Below, one piece after another: positions 1-12,500 of a stretch of 64,000 nt of DNA. Both the position numbers and the translations under genes were made by a program. The notes under the pieces are model-generated. The model had not been told where the DNA came from, searched no databases, and saw nothing but the letters and a program-made list of their open reading frames with translations. The stretch covers positions 1,302,001-1,366,000 of the forward strand of contig NEEC01000016.1 in NCBI GenBank assembly GCA_002189035.1, given 5' to 3'. Origin of the DNA: Utricularia gibba (taxonomy: Eukaryota; Plantae; Magnoliophyta). Each line of letters opens with the position of its first letter. The stretch's first letter is position 1.

Positions 1-233
1 TCGATCTGGCTCTGGTTCTAGTCCCATACGGTGGTCCGGATACACAAAATAGTATAATTTGAATGAAGGATGACATGTAGATAGCCAGCAAGTTCAATCA
101 AACAACTTGGAAACCATACTTTTAAATCGATGTTAGCTCCTAAGGAATGCTGAAAATATTCTGCAAAGAACAACCATTCTCGTACATTATCATGTTCATA
201 AGTACAGAAATTTAAGATTCTCATCTTTGACAT

Positions 234-1020
234 TGTAACAACTCAGGCCCGCATTATCTAAAAGTGAATCATTTTTCAATATCTTGATGTCTAGTGCTAT
301 CATCCCAATTTTGGTTTGTTTATATTTTATAAAAGGAGAGGTACTCTCAAGGTACCTCACTCTTGAAGTGTTATGTGAGTTTCTGACTTTTCATGAAAAT
401 TGAACCTTAGTTTGACACTCAGACGCCTGGAGAATCATCTTGGTTTTGGCGTATTTGTCATTTATAAGGATGAAAGTGCTATCAATGGATGCTCGAACTA
501 CACTTAGGGTGCCCATCGGTGTGCCATGTGCTTGTGTTGTGATTGTGTAGCTCATTGAGTTGCTAAGATTGTTGTCACATTTATAGAAAAGAGCCTAAAT
601 TACAAAAGCTCACGCATGCACATCCCATGTGTGCTTCCCTAGTTATACTCCCTACGTGCTCCTAACCTCATATGGTCACTCTGCACCTTTATTTCTGTTG
701 CCATTCAACTTGCTATCTATAAGGATATGTAAGGGTCAGTCCTCCTTTTTACCCAAATTGTAACTTGCCAATATAACAACTTAGAAGAAAAAGGAAATGC
801 TAGATTATGGGTGGTGTCGAGTCTCCCTTACTTGGCACCATGACCATCGTGCTATCGTGCCCATGCACAGTCCATGCTACAGCCTCGGCTTGCCTTGGCC
901 TCACCCTCTTCCACTCATGACATCTCATCTTAGACTCTCATGGACTTTAACATAAGTCCTTTATCATGATGAATCAAATACCAAAAACTAATCAAAACCT
1001 CATGCACATATACACACTGT
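234..1020. mobile_element. Possible LTR-retrotransposon LTR fragment
   Basis: Begins TGTAACAACTC, resembling Ty3/gypsy LTR termini. Non-coding with LTR-like composition. No matching end or TSD found, and the right boundary is approximate. Confidence 0.3.
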
Positions 1021-1311
1021 CTTAAATGATTTATCGATCCATCAAGATTTATGAGGCCTATCAAGAACAAGATCTTGATATACAGAAATTAGTCGAACAT
1101 ATTAAATATATAGAAGTTGGCATCAATTCTTGTTAGATCTAATACAATGAGCTCACAATTATTATTCTCAATTATTTTTGAATGTTGTAAGGTTGTTGCT
1201 GCTCTTTTATTCGTTTTAAAAATATGCAAGTTTGTGTGAATGTCCAGCACCTTGATTTTAATCCTATTTACTAATGCATGTCTACATGAATTTGTGATGT
1301 CGATGAGGATC

Positions 1312-2100
1312 ATGGAAAAAGAGTTTGGGTCGAGGAAGAAGAAAAAGTCTTGATACTTGCTTTCAAATAGATAATTGCATATAAGTGAAAGTGCGATAAT
1401 TCGTCTAAGCCCCGATATCTTGATGTATTGGAGGATATCTTGAAGAAAATATTACTAAGGGCTACCATTAAGGATAACCCTCACATTTCTTCTAAGTATA
1501 AGGTTTGGAAAAGAAATTTCAAAAAAGTACACAATTTTGTTTCAAGATCTAAAAATAACCTTGATTCAATCACGCATAAGATTGATGAGACTAAGGATCA
1601 TTGAGATGAGTTGTTAAAGGTACAATTTAATTAACCATCGATTTAAAATTATGTATACTAACTCGTAAAATTTTATTGCTTTCTTTTCTTTTGTATAGCA
1701 TGATAGGAAGACCTATATTGCTTTGAAAGATAAAGCTTTTCCCTACTATAATGATAAAGATCTTTGATAAAGATCTTGCAAATGGAAATGATACAATAGA
1801 TGCAACTGATGAAGGATTAAAGTATATTGCTGCCTCTTCGCCCAACCTTGCAAGTGAATTTGGATTTTCACCACATATGGAAACTGGTGCTAATCTTGAG
1901 GAGTCTCCTTTAACTTGTGATGAAAGTAGTAGGTCAAAGAATAGGAAAAAGTTGATAATATTGGGATAGAATGAAGGCTTTTGCGAAAAGAAACAATGAC
2001 TTATTCATGAATGCAATGCAGATGCTAATGATCGCAGAGATTGAAAGACAGAAGGCTCGTGACATAATTCATGGAATGGACCTTACTAAGGCCGAAAAGA
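1312..2100 (+). pseudogene. Harbinger Myb/SANT-like (ORF1) remnant
   Basis: Manual translation gives RVWVEEEEKVLILAFK*IIAYK*KCDNS..YLDVLEDILKK..IKDNPHISSKYKVWKRNF, then IFDKDLANG. This is the typical Myb/SANT-like domain of PIF/Harbinger ORF1, with stops and frameshifts. Confidence 0.7.
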
Positions 2101-2387
2101 TCATAATTTAAGCCAACCTTCTTAATGATCCAGCTCATGTGTCGTGCTTCATAAATTTGAATGAAGAATATAGTGAAGATTACTTAAAAGACATTGCTTT
2201 CTATTTGTTATGTTATGACTACTTTGTATATTAGACTGATCTTTTGTTTGGAGTAAGTATTCCCCTTGGTCTAGTTAACTACAGAATATTAAACTATGTA
2301 ATTGTCATGTTTCCTAATATTTCTATTATGATCCGTTGTGATTTAGAAAATTTGGATGACTACATCAAAAGTTATGTTTAATTTCCT

Positions 2388-2550
2388 ATGGGTGTGTTTA
2401 GTAGAAAGTATAAAGTGGGATAATTAAATGGGAAAAGAAAAACAAAATGTTTGATATGTAGGATAAATTATACTCTAGATAATTTATCTCATGAATAAGG
2501 GATAAAATAATGGGAGGGGAGGGGTTGGGATAAAATAAATTGCCCTTTGA
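2388..2550. mobile_element. Tourist/Harbinger-type MITE or terminal fragment
   Basis: GGGTGTGTTTAG start followed by repeated GGATAA(A) motifs, typical of Tourist-like elements. The second TIR is not clearly seen. Confidence 0.35.
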
Positions 2551-2749
2551 GAACATGATCAAATCATAAGATGACTACAACGTTTCATGGTTTTACAATT
2601 GTAATGTGTGGCATTCCCATGATCCAGTAATCGAAACGCTCAATAACGCATAAAAAAAGTCTACAAATGCAAAGTTATAAAATTCTATATAAGACAACAA
2701 GTTCATGACTTAAAGCAATAGTAGGGGTTTAACATTTGAAACTAGGCAT

Positions 2750-4100
2750 TCAACCATTCTTCATACATTGTAGTAGCAAGATGATGATTTCAAGCAGGGG
2801 TAGATTCAATATCAATGTAATCTTCACCTTTTTCATTCACCTCTGGACAATCTTCCTAGACTTTAGCCTCTATTGGATTGTGCTCCATTTCACGACGTAT
2901 GAAATTATGAAGTAAGGCATATGCGATGATCATTCTCGTTTTTGTTTGGATAGCATAGAAGGATGGACTTGGTAAATACCCCATCACTTTTTCATTATTC
3001 CTTATGCCCTCTCAATTATGTTTTTTGCCTTCGCATGTCACATGTTGTAATATTTCTTTTCGTTTTGTAGTACTTCTGTTCCAGACCCACATTCCTTTAG
3101 ATGGTAGCGTACACCATGATATGGGGTTAGAAGCCTCTAAAAAAAGAATCATACATAGATCCACTTAAATGATCACATTTTTCCAAAAAATTGTAGCTTG
3201 TTTTATGTAAAAATGACTGTTGGTCATCATGTAGTTTGAAATTTGATCAAGTTAACAAGAAAAAGAATAACTTGATCACATAATCATCCATAACAAAGAG
3301 TATCAAAACTCACATACAATTAATAGAAAAACAAAGGCAACAATCAAGTAAATAGAATATACAAGTTTATATACACCATGCATCAAAAGCAACAATATAA
3401 AAAATGATGTAAATTCAGAATCTGCCCATTTTTTGAACAAGTTTTCCAAGCTTATAATATGCTCAGTTTTGCAAAATGAGATGTACTTGAAATAATCATA
3501 AAAATAATCACATTACCTATACGAACACGAAAACTTAGATTCCAAGTAATACATGACACAGAACACGCTTGTCTGCAGCCGAACCTTCCCAACCGACAAG
3601 TATGTATATAAAGTTCATTTTCTCATTGCAAATCCCTAGAACGTTGGTTAATATTGCACCTTTATAACTTCTATAACGCCTTTTTTTAGACTATTTAACT
3701 GCAATATCTATAAAAGTTTCATCTAAAGCCTCTAAACAATTTTCAAAATATTTCAAAGGAGTTTCGCCAATTATGGGTTTTAGTTTCACCAACATAATAT
3801 CATGTAATCTCATAATACACTGAAGTACGGAGTTAACATACTTGCTAATTGTCTCAGTAGACCTTTTAAAATCGAACTTAAGAACTCTCATTTTCTTGTG
3901 ATGACTTAGGACACCAAGGAAAATGGCTACTTTTTCAGACATTGCAACATATTTCAATGACTTCAATCCACCACAAATAGATAATAAAACACATAGACAC
4001 TTGAAAAATCTTCACTGATCCTAAGATTTTCAAGAGAAGCATCTCGACGATCACTAAGTAAGTCTCTCAAATATGCAATTTCTCTAGGAATCCTTTCTTT
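2750..4100 (-). pseudogene. Harbinger DDE transposase remnant
   Basis: ORF 3691-3966 reads EKVAIFLGVLSHHKK..FKRSTETISKYVNSVL..ENCLEALDETFI. The C-terminal part at ~2750-3150 reads FLTPYHGVRYHLKE..HAKAKNIIERA..IIAYALLHNFIRRE. Multiple stops, and ~3160-3660 does not align with transposase. Confidence 0.85.
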
Positions 4101-4809
4101 CATAGAATAAGTGATTCAGGCTCTAGCATTTTGACGTAACTTCCTAACCCAAAACCAAGAAAATGATTCGGGCTCTAGCATTAAAAACATTTGGATCCAT
4201 CGATAGTATAATTAATCAAATTCTTGTGACAAAAAAAAAACTTCCAATTACCAAATTTAAGCACTAAGTTGAAAACATGAAAACACTATCAAATTTAGGC
4301 AAGTAACTTGAAAGAATTAATCCAACAAATTTAACATATGCTAATTACATTGAACAGAAACTTCTAACATAAAAAAGTGCACGAATCCCATACCTGAGGG
4401 ATATTGGGCGAATTCAACTAAATTTTAGAAAAGTAAGCAGCAAACCTGAGAGGAAACAAGATAGATACATTGCACGCAACTTTTCCCCAAAAGCGTAGCA
4501 AGAATCGACATTCCAATCGACCAATTCAAAGATCTAGGTTTTTTATGTGAAATTGTGAGAAGAACTGATGCTTTTATTTTTCAGGTTTTTAATTAAATAG
4601 AAATTATAAAAATAAGGATAAAATTGTAAACACACTATGAGATATTAGAAAGTCTAGAGGTGCAAGTCTCCACACCCGAATCTCATACTTGAGGGATATT
4701 AAAGTCCTTTTTTAAAAACCCATGGGGTACACATCCTTCATACCAAACACTAGATTTGAAGTCCAATCCCTCCAAAATAACTCAAATCCCTCGTACCAAA
4801 TGCAATCTA

Positions 4810-5070
4810 GGTACATCGCACTTTCCATTATTTGAGCATATCCAATTTGGAACATAGGATTATTTTTATTTTTCTTTAGCCTAGTATTGGGAACATACAG
4901 AGTTCTAGTTGGTTTATATCATGAAAACCAAATTTTTCTAAAAGTTTCTCAGTATAAGGACTTTTGAGTCATGAGAAACCATTCTTCATTTTTCACGATT
5001 TTGATTCCTAGTATGTAGCTAGTTTCATTCATGTCCTTCATCTCGAATTTTGAGAGCTCTGTTGACAAAA
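4810..5070 (-). pseudogene. Ty1/copia reverse transcriptase fragment
   Basis: Minus-strand translation LSKFEMKDMNETSYILGIKI..TQKS..NTRLKKNKNNPMFQIGYAQIMESAMYL matches the copia RT motif FxMKDxGEAxxILGIKI..YAQIIGSLMYL. Confidence 0.7.
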
Positions 5071-5455
5071 TACATATATATAAAATATGAAGTGGCAAAA
5101 TGCCTCAATTATATACAATATTAGCGAAATACATATTTTTTGATAACTTTAATTCCTGCAGCTGAAAAAGCGAAAGTAGGGAGTAATAGATCCCTCTTTC
5201 ATCTTCAACATAAGCAACTCGAATTTCACAGCTAGCCAACTTGATTGATTTTCCTGATGCAAACCCACCAATCACTTGTGTAGCAGCGATTTTGAATGAC
5301 TTTTTTAATAAAAATTCAAATACTTTCAATCTTAGTTATTTTACAAATAATTTTTTCTGAAATATAGATTTTTCTAATTTTATAATATCCATTCCTCTCA
5401 TTTTATCAAGTCTATCAATGGGTTACCGTACAATAGGCACTTACCATTCACATAA

Positions 5456-6754
5456 TGTTGCGTGTCATTTCCTCAACAAATTTTAAATATTTATAAAACG
5501 CAAAACACAAAAGGCGTAGTACGAGTATCGATCTCAAGGAGTTGTTTTTCGTGAAAAGTGTTTGCAAGAAACTTTAAAAAATATCACGATTTTGCAAAAG
5601 GGGTTTTAGAGATGCAGGAATAAATGTTACAACCTAAGTAATGAGCCTTAACTACGGAATGCAGTTCCTTAGAATGAGATTCTGTCTCCTTCCTTTGTCC
5701 ATCCTTGCCTCGGTTTCCACTGATTTCTTCCGAATAGCTGATTATAGGAGCAATGAATAGTCTAATCTCCCTTACAATCTGATTGACAAGGAGGCACGGG
5801 AATAGCCTCATGTGATTCCCCTTGGACGATTAGGAAGACAAGAGCCTTCGATTGCCTTCAAAACCGATTGTGCGCGTGTGCCCAGCTGTTATCAATGGTC
5901 AGTGGCAAATCCGAGGTCACAACATGTCCACTGTCGCGATACCTAGGCCACTAACAATTCGCTACTTTCCTCGAATCAGCAATGTTGGAATTGATGCTTT
6001 TTACCTTGATCTTCACCAAAATCCACGAGGAATGGCATGTTACTCAAAGACCTTGACTAAGAGTCGTTACATAAAGACTACAACAAAGCACGTGGAAGTA
6101 TACAGAATCCGAATTGAATTCAGCGAAGAATCGAGTGTATTGCTCAAAACTTAGAAGGAAACTTCATCTACTTCCCAGAAACTAAAGGTTTTTAGCCACA
6201 AAGGATCATGAAAACATGAATGAAATTAGAAACTAAGTGTTACTCCTTGAGAGGAGGAAGAACCTAAAAGTTCTAAGTACAAAGAGAAAATGTCAAAAGC
6301 TCCAAACTAAGTGTTCCAAGTGGCTTTTATACTACTCCGCACGTGCATTAACTCTTTTGGATCCCCTTCTCATCATCCCTTCTGTCTTGCGTGCGCCAGC
6401 AACTTTCCTTTGCATGCAAGTTAGCGCCCAATCATTACTACAAACTTTGATATAACGTAAGTCAAGGGCCTTGACCAGTGTCAATCTTCCGCCCACAATT
6501 GTTCCAAGTTGCGTACAAGGCACAAAAAGTCAAACTCTGACCACCTGCAATACTCCTGCGACATTCCACGACAGTCTACTGACATGTTTCGGTCAAAGTA
6601 TGAGAAAAAAGACAGAAAATATATACAAAATAGGAAAATATGAATTTTCTAATAAAAATCAAATACTTAATAATAAGACTCTTAATTTAGGCGATTTAAT
6701 ACTAGATTAACACCTAATAATACCTAATAAATAACTAGAAAATGTCACTTAACA
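5456..6754. mobile_element. Solo LTR (Ty3/gypsy, Athila-like) with 5-bp TSD
   Basis: Starts TGTT at 5456 and ends AACA at 6754. Flanked on both sides by CATAA (5451-5455 and 6755-6759). No PBS/PPT or coding sequence is adjacent. The lineage assignment is from recalled motif style only. Confidence 0.8.
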
Positions 6755-7241
6755 CATAAGTTAGTAAAAAACATATATTTTGTGAACATGTATATGTAAA
6801 ACATGTATTTTGCAAACATTATCACAACGTTAGGTATTTTACCAATAACTTTTTATAAAATATGTATTTTATTAATTTTCTCGAATTTTGAGGTTAAGAA
6901 TTTCTTGATCTTTAGTACAATGTCTAGATTCGACCCAACGATCAACATATCATTCATATAAAATGTTATGATCACACATTGAACAATAATAGAACCAATA
7001 CATAACAAGATTCAGTTACATGTCATGGAGAAGATACTTATTAACAATTACAAGAAACATGTAATACTTAGACTTATAAAAATTGAAGATAATCATACTT
7101 GGGGACCCTTATATATTATATGCATATTTTTCAAAATACCCATTGTCAAGTACCCATATAATGCCATAAACTTCTTTTATAGTTCATTATATTGATATTA
7201 TATTACGCGCTTACTTATGCTAACATCTATCCTACTTTTCG

Positions 7242-7403
7242 GAGAATGATTCTGATCTAGTTCATGGCCTATTAGAAGCCGAAGGTGCTCTGGTGGGATC
7301 TTCACAGATAGAAAAAGATTGCAATCGGTTTGATAATGATCGAGTTACATTGCTTCTTCGGCCCGAACCGAGGAATCTCTTATATATGATGCCCCAAGGA
7401 TCT
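7242..7403 (+). other. ycf2: Plastid-derived insertion (NUPT): ycf2 fragment
   Basis: Translates as [50 protein letters not shown]. This is a near match to the conserved angiosperm plastid Ycf2 segment [49 protein letters not shown]. Confidence 0.85.
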
Positions 7404-8380
7404 GACTTATAGGCGGAATTGGCTTTAGTAACACTAGAGATGAATTACTCACCCTATTTCTTCACAGCGTCGCCTCTTAGAGTAGACCAATCTCATCTTT
7501 CAAATGGGCTTCCTCCCCATATATGGACTGAATAATACCCTAAACAAGGAAAAGAAAAAAAATAATATCAATGCATGGTTAGTTCATAAGAGCTACCTTG
7601 CTATCACTACTCTCAATGTAAGTTTCATATGCTTTTCACAAGATCAAAAGATGCTTTCAATGCATGGTAGTCTAGTATATGGCCTCAAATATATCCTTTG
7701 TTGAGGTGTTGAGCTTGTGCACCATTTACAAAAGTTAGAGAAACTAGAGTCATATGAGAGAACACGCTTTCAATGTCGATTGGCCCATAGTGCATGTTAG
7801 AACGTTCAGCAGCTCTAACAAGACAATACTTGATATATACTACAAGTGCATATTTTTGGTAATAACTTACACGAACATGAAAAAAATGAGAAATAACAAC
7901 AGTAGACATTAATGGTTACATATATTATATATGGCTAGAGCATTAATAAGTAAAACCCTTGCCAATTATTCGAAGCCCTCAATACTGTAATCTTTCATAT
8001 AAATCAAGAAGCCACCGTAAGTACATGTGATATAGCAACATAGAAAACCAATCTAAGGATATTCAATCGTAGAAATATTTATACTAACATGGCGTTACCT
8101 TCACCATTTGGGATTGATACAAAACATTAAATATAACACAAACATATGGGTAAAATGCATAGGAAAATTTATTTATTTGATATTTTACAAAGTGTTGATT
8201 AAATGACAAACAAATTTTTATTAGGAAGTATTTAGCCCATTTACCTAAGGAGGGAGGGAGAGGTGTTCCGTACCAGAAGTTACCTATATGTATGTGTACG
8301 GGACATGTAAGCGGAAATACAGCGCCAGACTCATTAATGCCGCCTTTATGTTGGGAGAAAAGTACTGCAAGCTCCCATCG

Positions 8381-9074
8381 GCTAATTTTTAAAACTACCC
8401 ACTGTTATCATACCTGTTTACAAAATTATCCACTATGTGTATTAGGTGTATTGTGTGTATATAAATTTCCAAAATCACCCTTTGCTTAATGTATAAGTAA
8501 AAATTATATTATAAATATTATAATTTATATTTTCATAATACTTAATAATGATTTTCAGTAAAATGTTTTTACTGAAAATCATCATATAAAACCAACTCAT
8601 TTTTATAATAAACAATACTTTTTAAATAATATTAATACTAATAATATAGATATTATAAGATCAAAATAATTTTTGATCTAAAACCAACTGGTTTTTATAA
8701 TAAATAATACTTTTTAAATAATTTTAATACTAATAATATATATTTTATAAGATCAAAATAATTTCTAAATTAAAATCAAATCGTTTTTATAATAAACAAT
8801 ACTTTTAAAATAATTTTAATACTAATAATATACATTTCATAAAATCAAAATAATTTCTGAAAAAATATAAAAAATTATTTACTAAAAATATTTTATTTAA
8901 AATCATTATCAAGTATTATAAAAATACAAATTATAATATTTATGATATAATATTTACATACACATTAAAAAGTGGATAATTTCGTAAAATTACATACACA
9001 CACTACACCACATTATACACAGTGGTTACTTTTACAAATAGGTTTGATAACATTGGGTAGTTTTACAATTAACT
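8381..9074. mobile_element. Foldback (long-TIR, MULE-like) non-autonomous element
   Basis: Arms of ~200 bp are inverted: AAAACTACCCACTGTTATCATACCTGTTTACAAAATTATCCACT.. (8391-) versus ..AGTGGTTACTTTTACAAATAGGTTTGATAACATTGGGTAGTTTT (-9064). The interior has three ~90-bp AT-rich tandem units starting AAAACCAACT. No TSD was identified. Confidence 0.75.
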
Positions 9075-9577
9075 GCCGTCGGCGCCCCACTGAGTAGGTG
9101 CTGCGTTGCAAGCAATAAATCCGACGGATCCCAGGGACCATGCTCTGCTCTGCCGCTGAGCTATGAATGCGAACCCCCCGCCCCTGTAACTTTTTGGGTG
9201 CGTATCTTAGAAAAAATGGAGTTCTGAGTGGGTTCCGACACAGACCCAAGCCACAAAGTTTGACCCGCAATCACGTGGAGCATGCCCACCGGATCCGGGT
9301 CTCAACCGGCTTTTGGACGGTCGGCGGCATCAAACTTCAACTGAGGTGTTCGGGTTTTCACTGTTAAGAAGAGGCTCTACACTTACAGCGGCACGAGTAG
9401 AAAGAGAAAAAACGCGGTTCGACTGGGTGCAACCCACCAAACCCAATTTACGGAAGGAGTTTTTTGATGATCACGGGAGCTCAATATGGTCGTCGATTTG
9501 GGGAGATATGGGTCATGCTTGTTCATGGTGGTGTTTGAGTTTGTGGGGGACGGTTTGGGGATTGTTCTCTAGGGTTT

Positions 9578-12500
9578 ATGATGGAGAATATAGAGACATT
9601 GTTAGCTGCAGCTGCCGCTTTTAACGATGACGAGGCTACTCTTTCTAACGCGTTAGATGTGGGCTCTCGAAATTCTGAATCTTCTCCGGGGATCCAGGAG
9701 GTTTCTGGTCCCTCGATGCTGAATTCTGATGATAATCAGCTGAAGCCGTCGATATCTGCACCTCCTCCAGCTCAGGCGGCGGTGTCTTCTGCTGCTGTGC
9801 CAACGGACGGAGCTGGAGCGAAGAAGAGAAGAGGGCGCCCCCAAAAGGGCAGATGGCGGTGAATACTCCACCTCCGAAAAGAATAATAGTTGAAGACGAG
9901 GAGGAAGACGTCTGCTTCATCTGCTTTGACGGGGGGTCGCTGGTACTATGTGATCGCAAGTAAGCATTGTGCAATCATGGTTGTTGACTGCTAATAATTT
10001 GTGTATTGCTTATATTTCTCAATGGTAACTGTTTTCAATGATAAATTTGCTTCATGTTTCACCCTTAAGGGGCTGCCCCAAGGCATACCATCCAGCCTGC
10101 ATTAAGCGAGATGAAGAATTTTTCAAGTCCAACGCAAAATGGATCTGCGGTAATTTTTTCTATTTTTTCATGTTCTGTTGGTAGTCGCGGGTATACCTTC
10201 AATTCGAAAATCTCTTCTTGAATATTCTAGTGGATGTGTTCAATTTGGGAAGGTGATTTTATCCGCGCTAATGATTTTCGGATCACCAGTAAATGCTATT
10301 CATATGATATCTTGCACGCATGATTTTAAGCAAGATATTTGTTTAATATCCGTGGGTGTCACTCACAGAGAATTATAAATGCTGTCCATCTATGTTGCTT
10401 GTCTTGCAGGTTGGCACATTTGCAGTGTCTGTCTTAAGGCCTCGCATTATATTTGCTACACTTGCACTTATTCTCTGTGCAAGGGATGCACTAAAGATAC
10501 GGACTACTTGTCTGTAAGAGGAAACAAGGGGTTTTGCACAACGTGCATGAAAACCATAATGCTGATTGAGAAAAAAGAACAAGCAAACATTGAATCGGTA
10601 ATGAAGGTTTTGATTGACATTGCCATTGTATGGTGTTGCCTAAAATTTTGTTACGCTGTTCTTTGGCATGAGTGAAATTAGCTGCCTGATGATGTGCATT
10701 CAACCAATTTATGTATTGACACATACCTATCCAGGATCCCTTTGATGATTTTCGCGTTTCTGGCTTCAGCATAATCACGTAGTGAATCCTAGATCTTCCT
10801 TTTTCTTAAGCATGACTTGCTTCAGATGTATGTGGAGTTATTCTATTTTTTCCCTTCAGTCAGAATTTCTGTGTGCAGATTCAAGTTGATTTTGATGACA
10901 AAACAAGCTGGGAGTATTTGTTCAAAATGTACTGGGTGCGCTTGAAGGAAAAGTTATCGTTGTCACTGACTGATCTAGAACATGCTAAAAAGCCATGCAA
11001 TCCAGTGGTTTCTTTGTCTTCTAGGCAGCAGGTAAGTCATGTGCATCGTACTGCAATTGATGTAAGAAGTTCTATTTCACATGTTAGCGGAGAACATTTG
11101 GAGTTGAATAAACCTCCCGTGCAATCAATGCATGATGTTGATGAATTGAGGATAAAACCCTCAAGCTCGGTTGATGGTGTCAAGAAGCAAAGACTGAATG
11201 GGGAATATGCCCCAACTCGCCAAAGTGAATGTGCGAGTTCAACATACTTGAAGATGAGTGATTCCCATCTGGATTTTAATTTGCGGCAGATTGATGAGTC
11301 AAGGACAGATATCTCTTCTTCCAGTAGTCATTTAGAGAAATTAAATGACACAAAACTCAAAATGGATAATGAAGCAGCTCAGCTGCCGAATGACAAGGGT
11401 GGTGAATGGGCTTCTAAAGACCTACTGGAATTTCTGGGACATGTGAAAGGTGGAGATTTGTCAGCTATGTCACAGTTTGATATTCAAACGCTGGTGCTTG
11501 AGTACGTAAAAAGGAATCACCTTCGGGATCCTCTTCAAAAAAGTCAAATTATATGTGATTCAAGGCTGAGAAATTTATTTGGGAAACCACGTGTTGGGCA
11601 CTTTGAGATGCTGAAGCTTTTAGAGTATCATGTTCTCGTTAAAGATAATTCCCTGAAGAACCGTGTAGTTCCTGCAGGGCTTGTTGGGTTGGGTGCAAGT
11701 GACAACGAGGCTAATGAGCATATCCAGGACTCATCTTTTTCAGTTAACATTAGAAAGCAGAAATCACATAGAAAGAGTGGAGACAGGGGTCCTATGGCTG
11801 ATTCAAATGAATATGCAGCAATTGACACGCATAACATCAATTTAATTTATCTGCGACGCAATTTGGTGGAGAATCTTAGTAAAGATCAGAATGATTTTAA
11901 TGCTAAAGTCATTGATTCTATAGTCAGAATTCGCATTGCAACCAGTGATCAGAAGCAAGAGGTGTATAGGCTAGTCCGAGTTGTAGGTATGGTATTTATG
12001 CTCAAAAAATTGAAAGTTTTCGATTTAGATAACATAACATATTTGGTGTACATTAACATATTTAGATCTGTTTATCCCTGCAACTCAGGAGCTAGTGAGG
12101 CGCCTGAGTCCTACAAAATTGGAGATAGGACTGTTGGTGTGATGCTTGAAGTATTAAATTTAGATAAGAAGGAGCTGGTATCAATTGATGCAATCTCTAA
12201 CCAGGATTTTACAGAGGTAACTGGAGATGCTAAAGCCTTCAGCTTGTAGTTGTTTGTGATTGTTGTTGTTTTTTATTCTTTTCCTCTCGTTTTTAGAGAC
12301 TGCCTAAAGAACCCTTTATTCTTTTCCTCTCGTTTTATCAGCTGCAGTGGTGGAATATGACTAGTGTTAGGCTCCACACTGTTTTGCTCATTTGAACAGC
12401 AGAAATGCATGATTGCGTAGTCACAAATCAAGAGCTTTTCATAGTTTTTCCCATTATTCGGTGGTGCTACATCATTGTCAACTTTTAAATTCAGGATGAA

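Larger units (their letters stand above)
1300..4808. mobile_element. Degenerate PIF/Harbinger DNA transposon (Myb/SANT ORF on +, transposase on -, convergent)
   Basis: Contains both Harbinger ORF remnants listed below. The right end has CCAAACAC/CCAAATGC terminal-like motifs (4740-4808) and subterminal direct repeats (CATAC(C/T)TGAGGGATATT at ~4390 and ~4685). The left end is not resolved. Confidence 0.6.

Noticed and set aside
5105-5329. Walker-A-like GGFASGKS in a 74-aa minus-strand ORF
   Set aside because: No flanking beta-strand/Walker B context or further kinase homology is visible, and it sits among TE debris. Likely chance.
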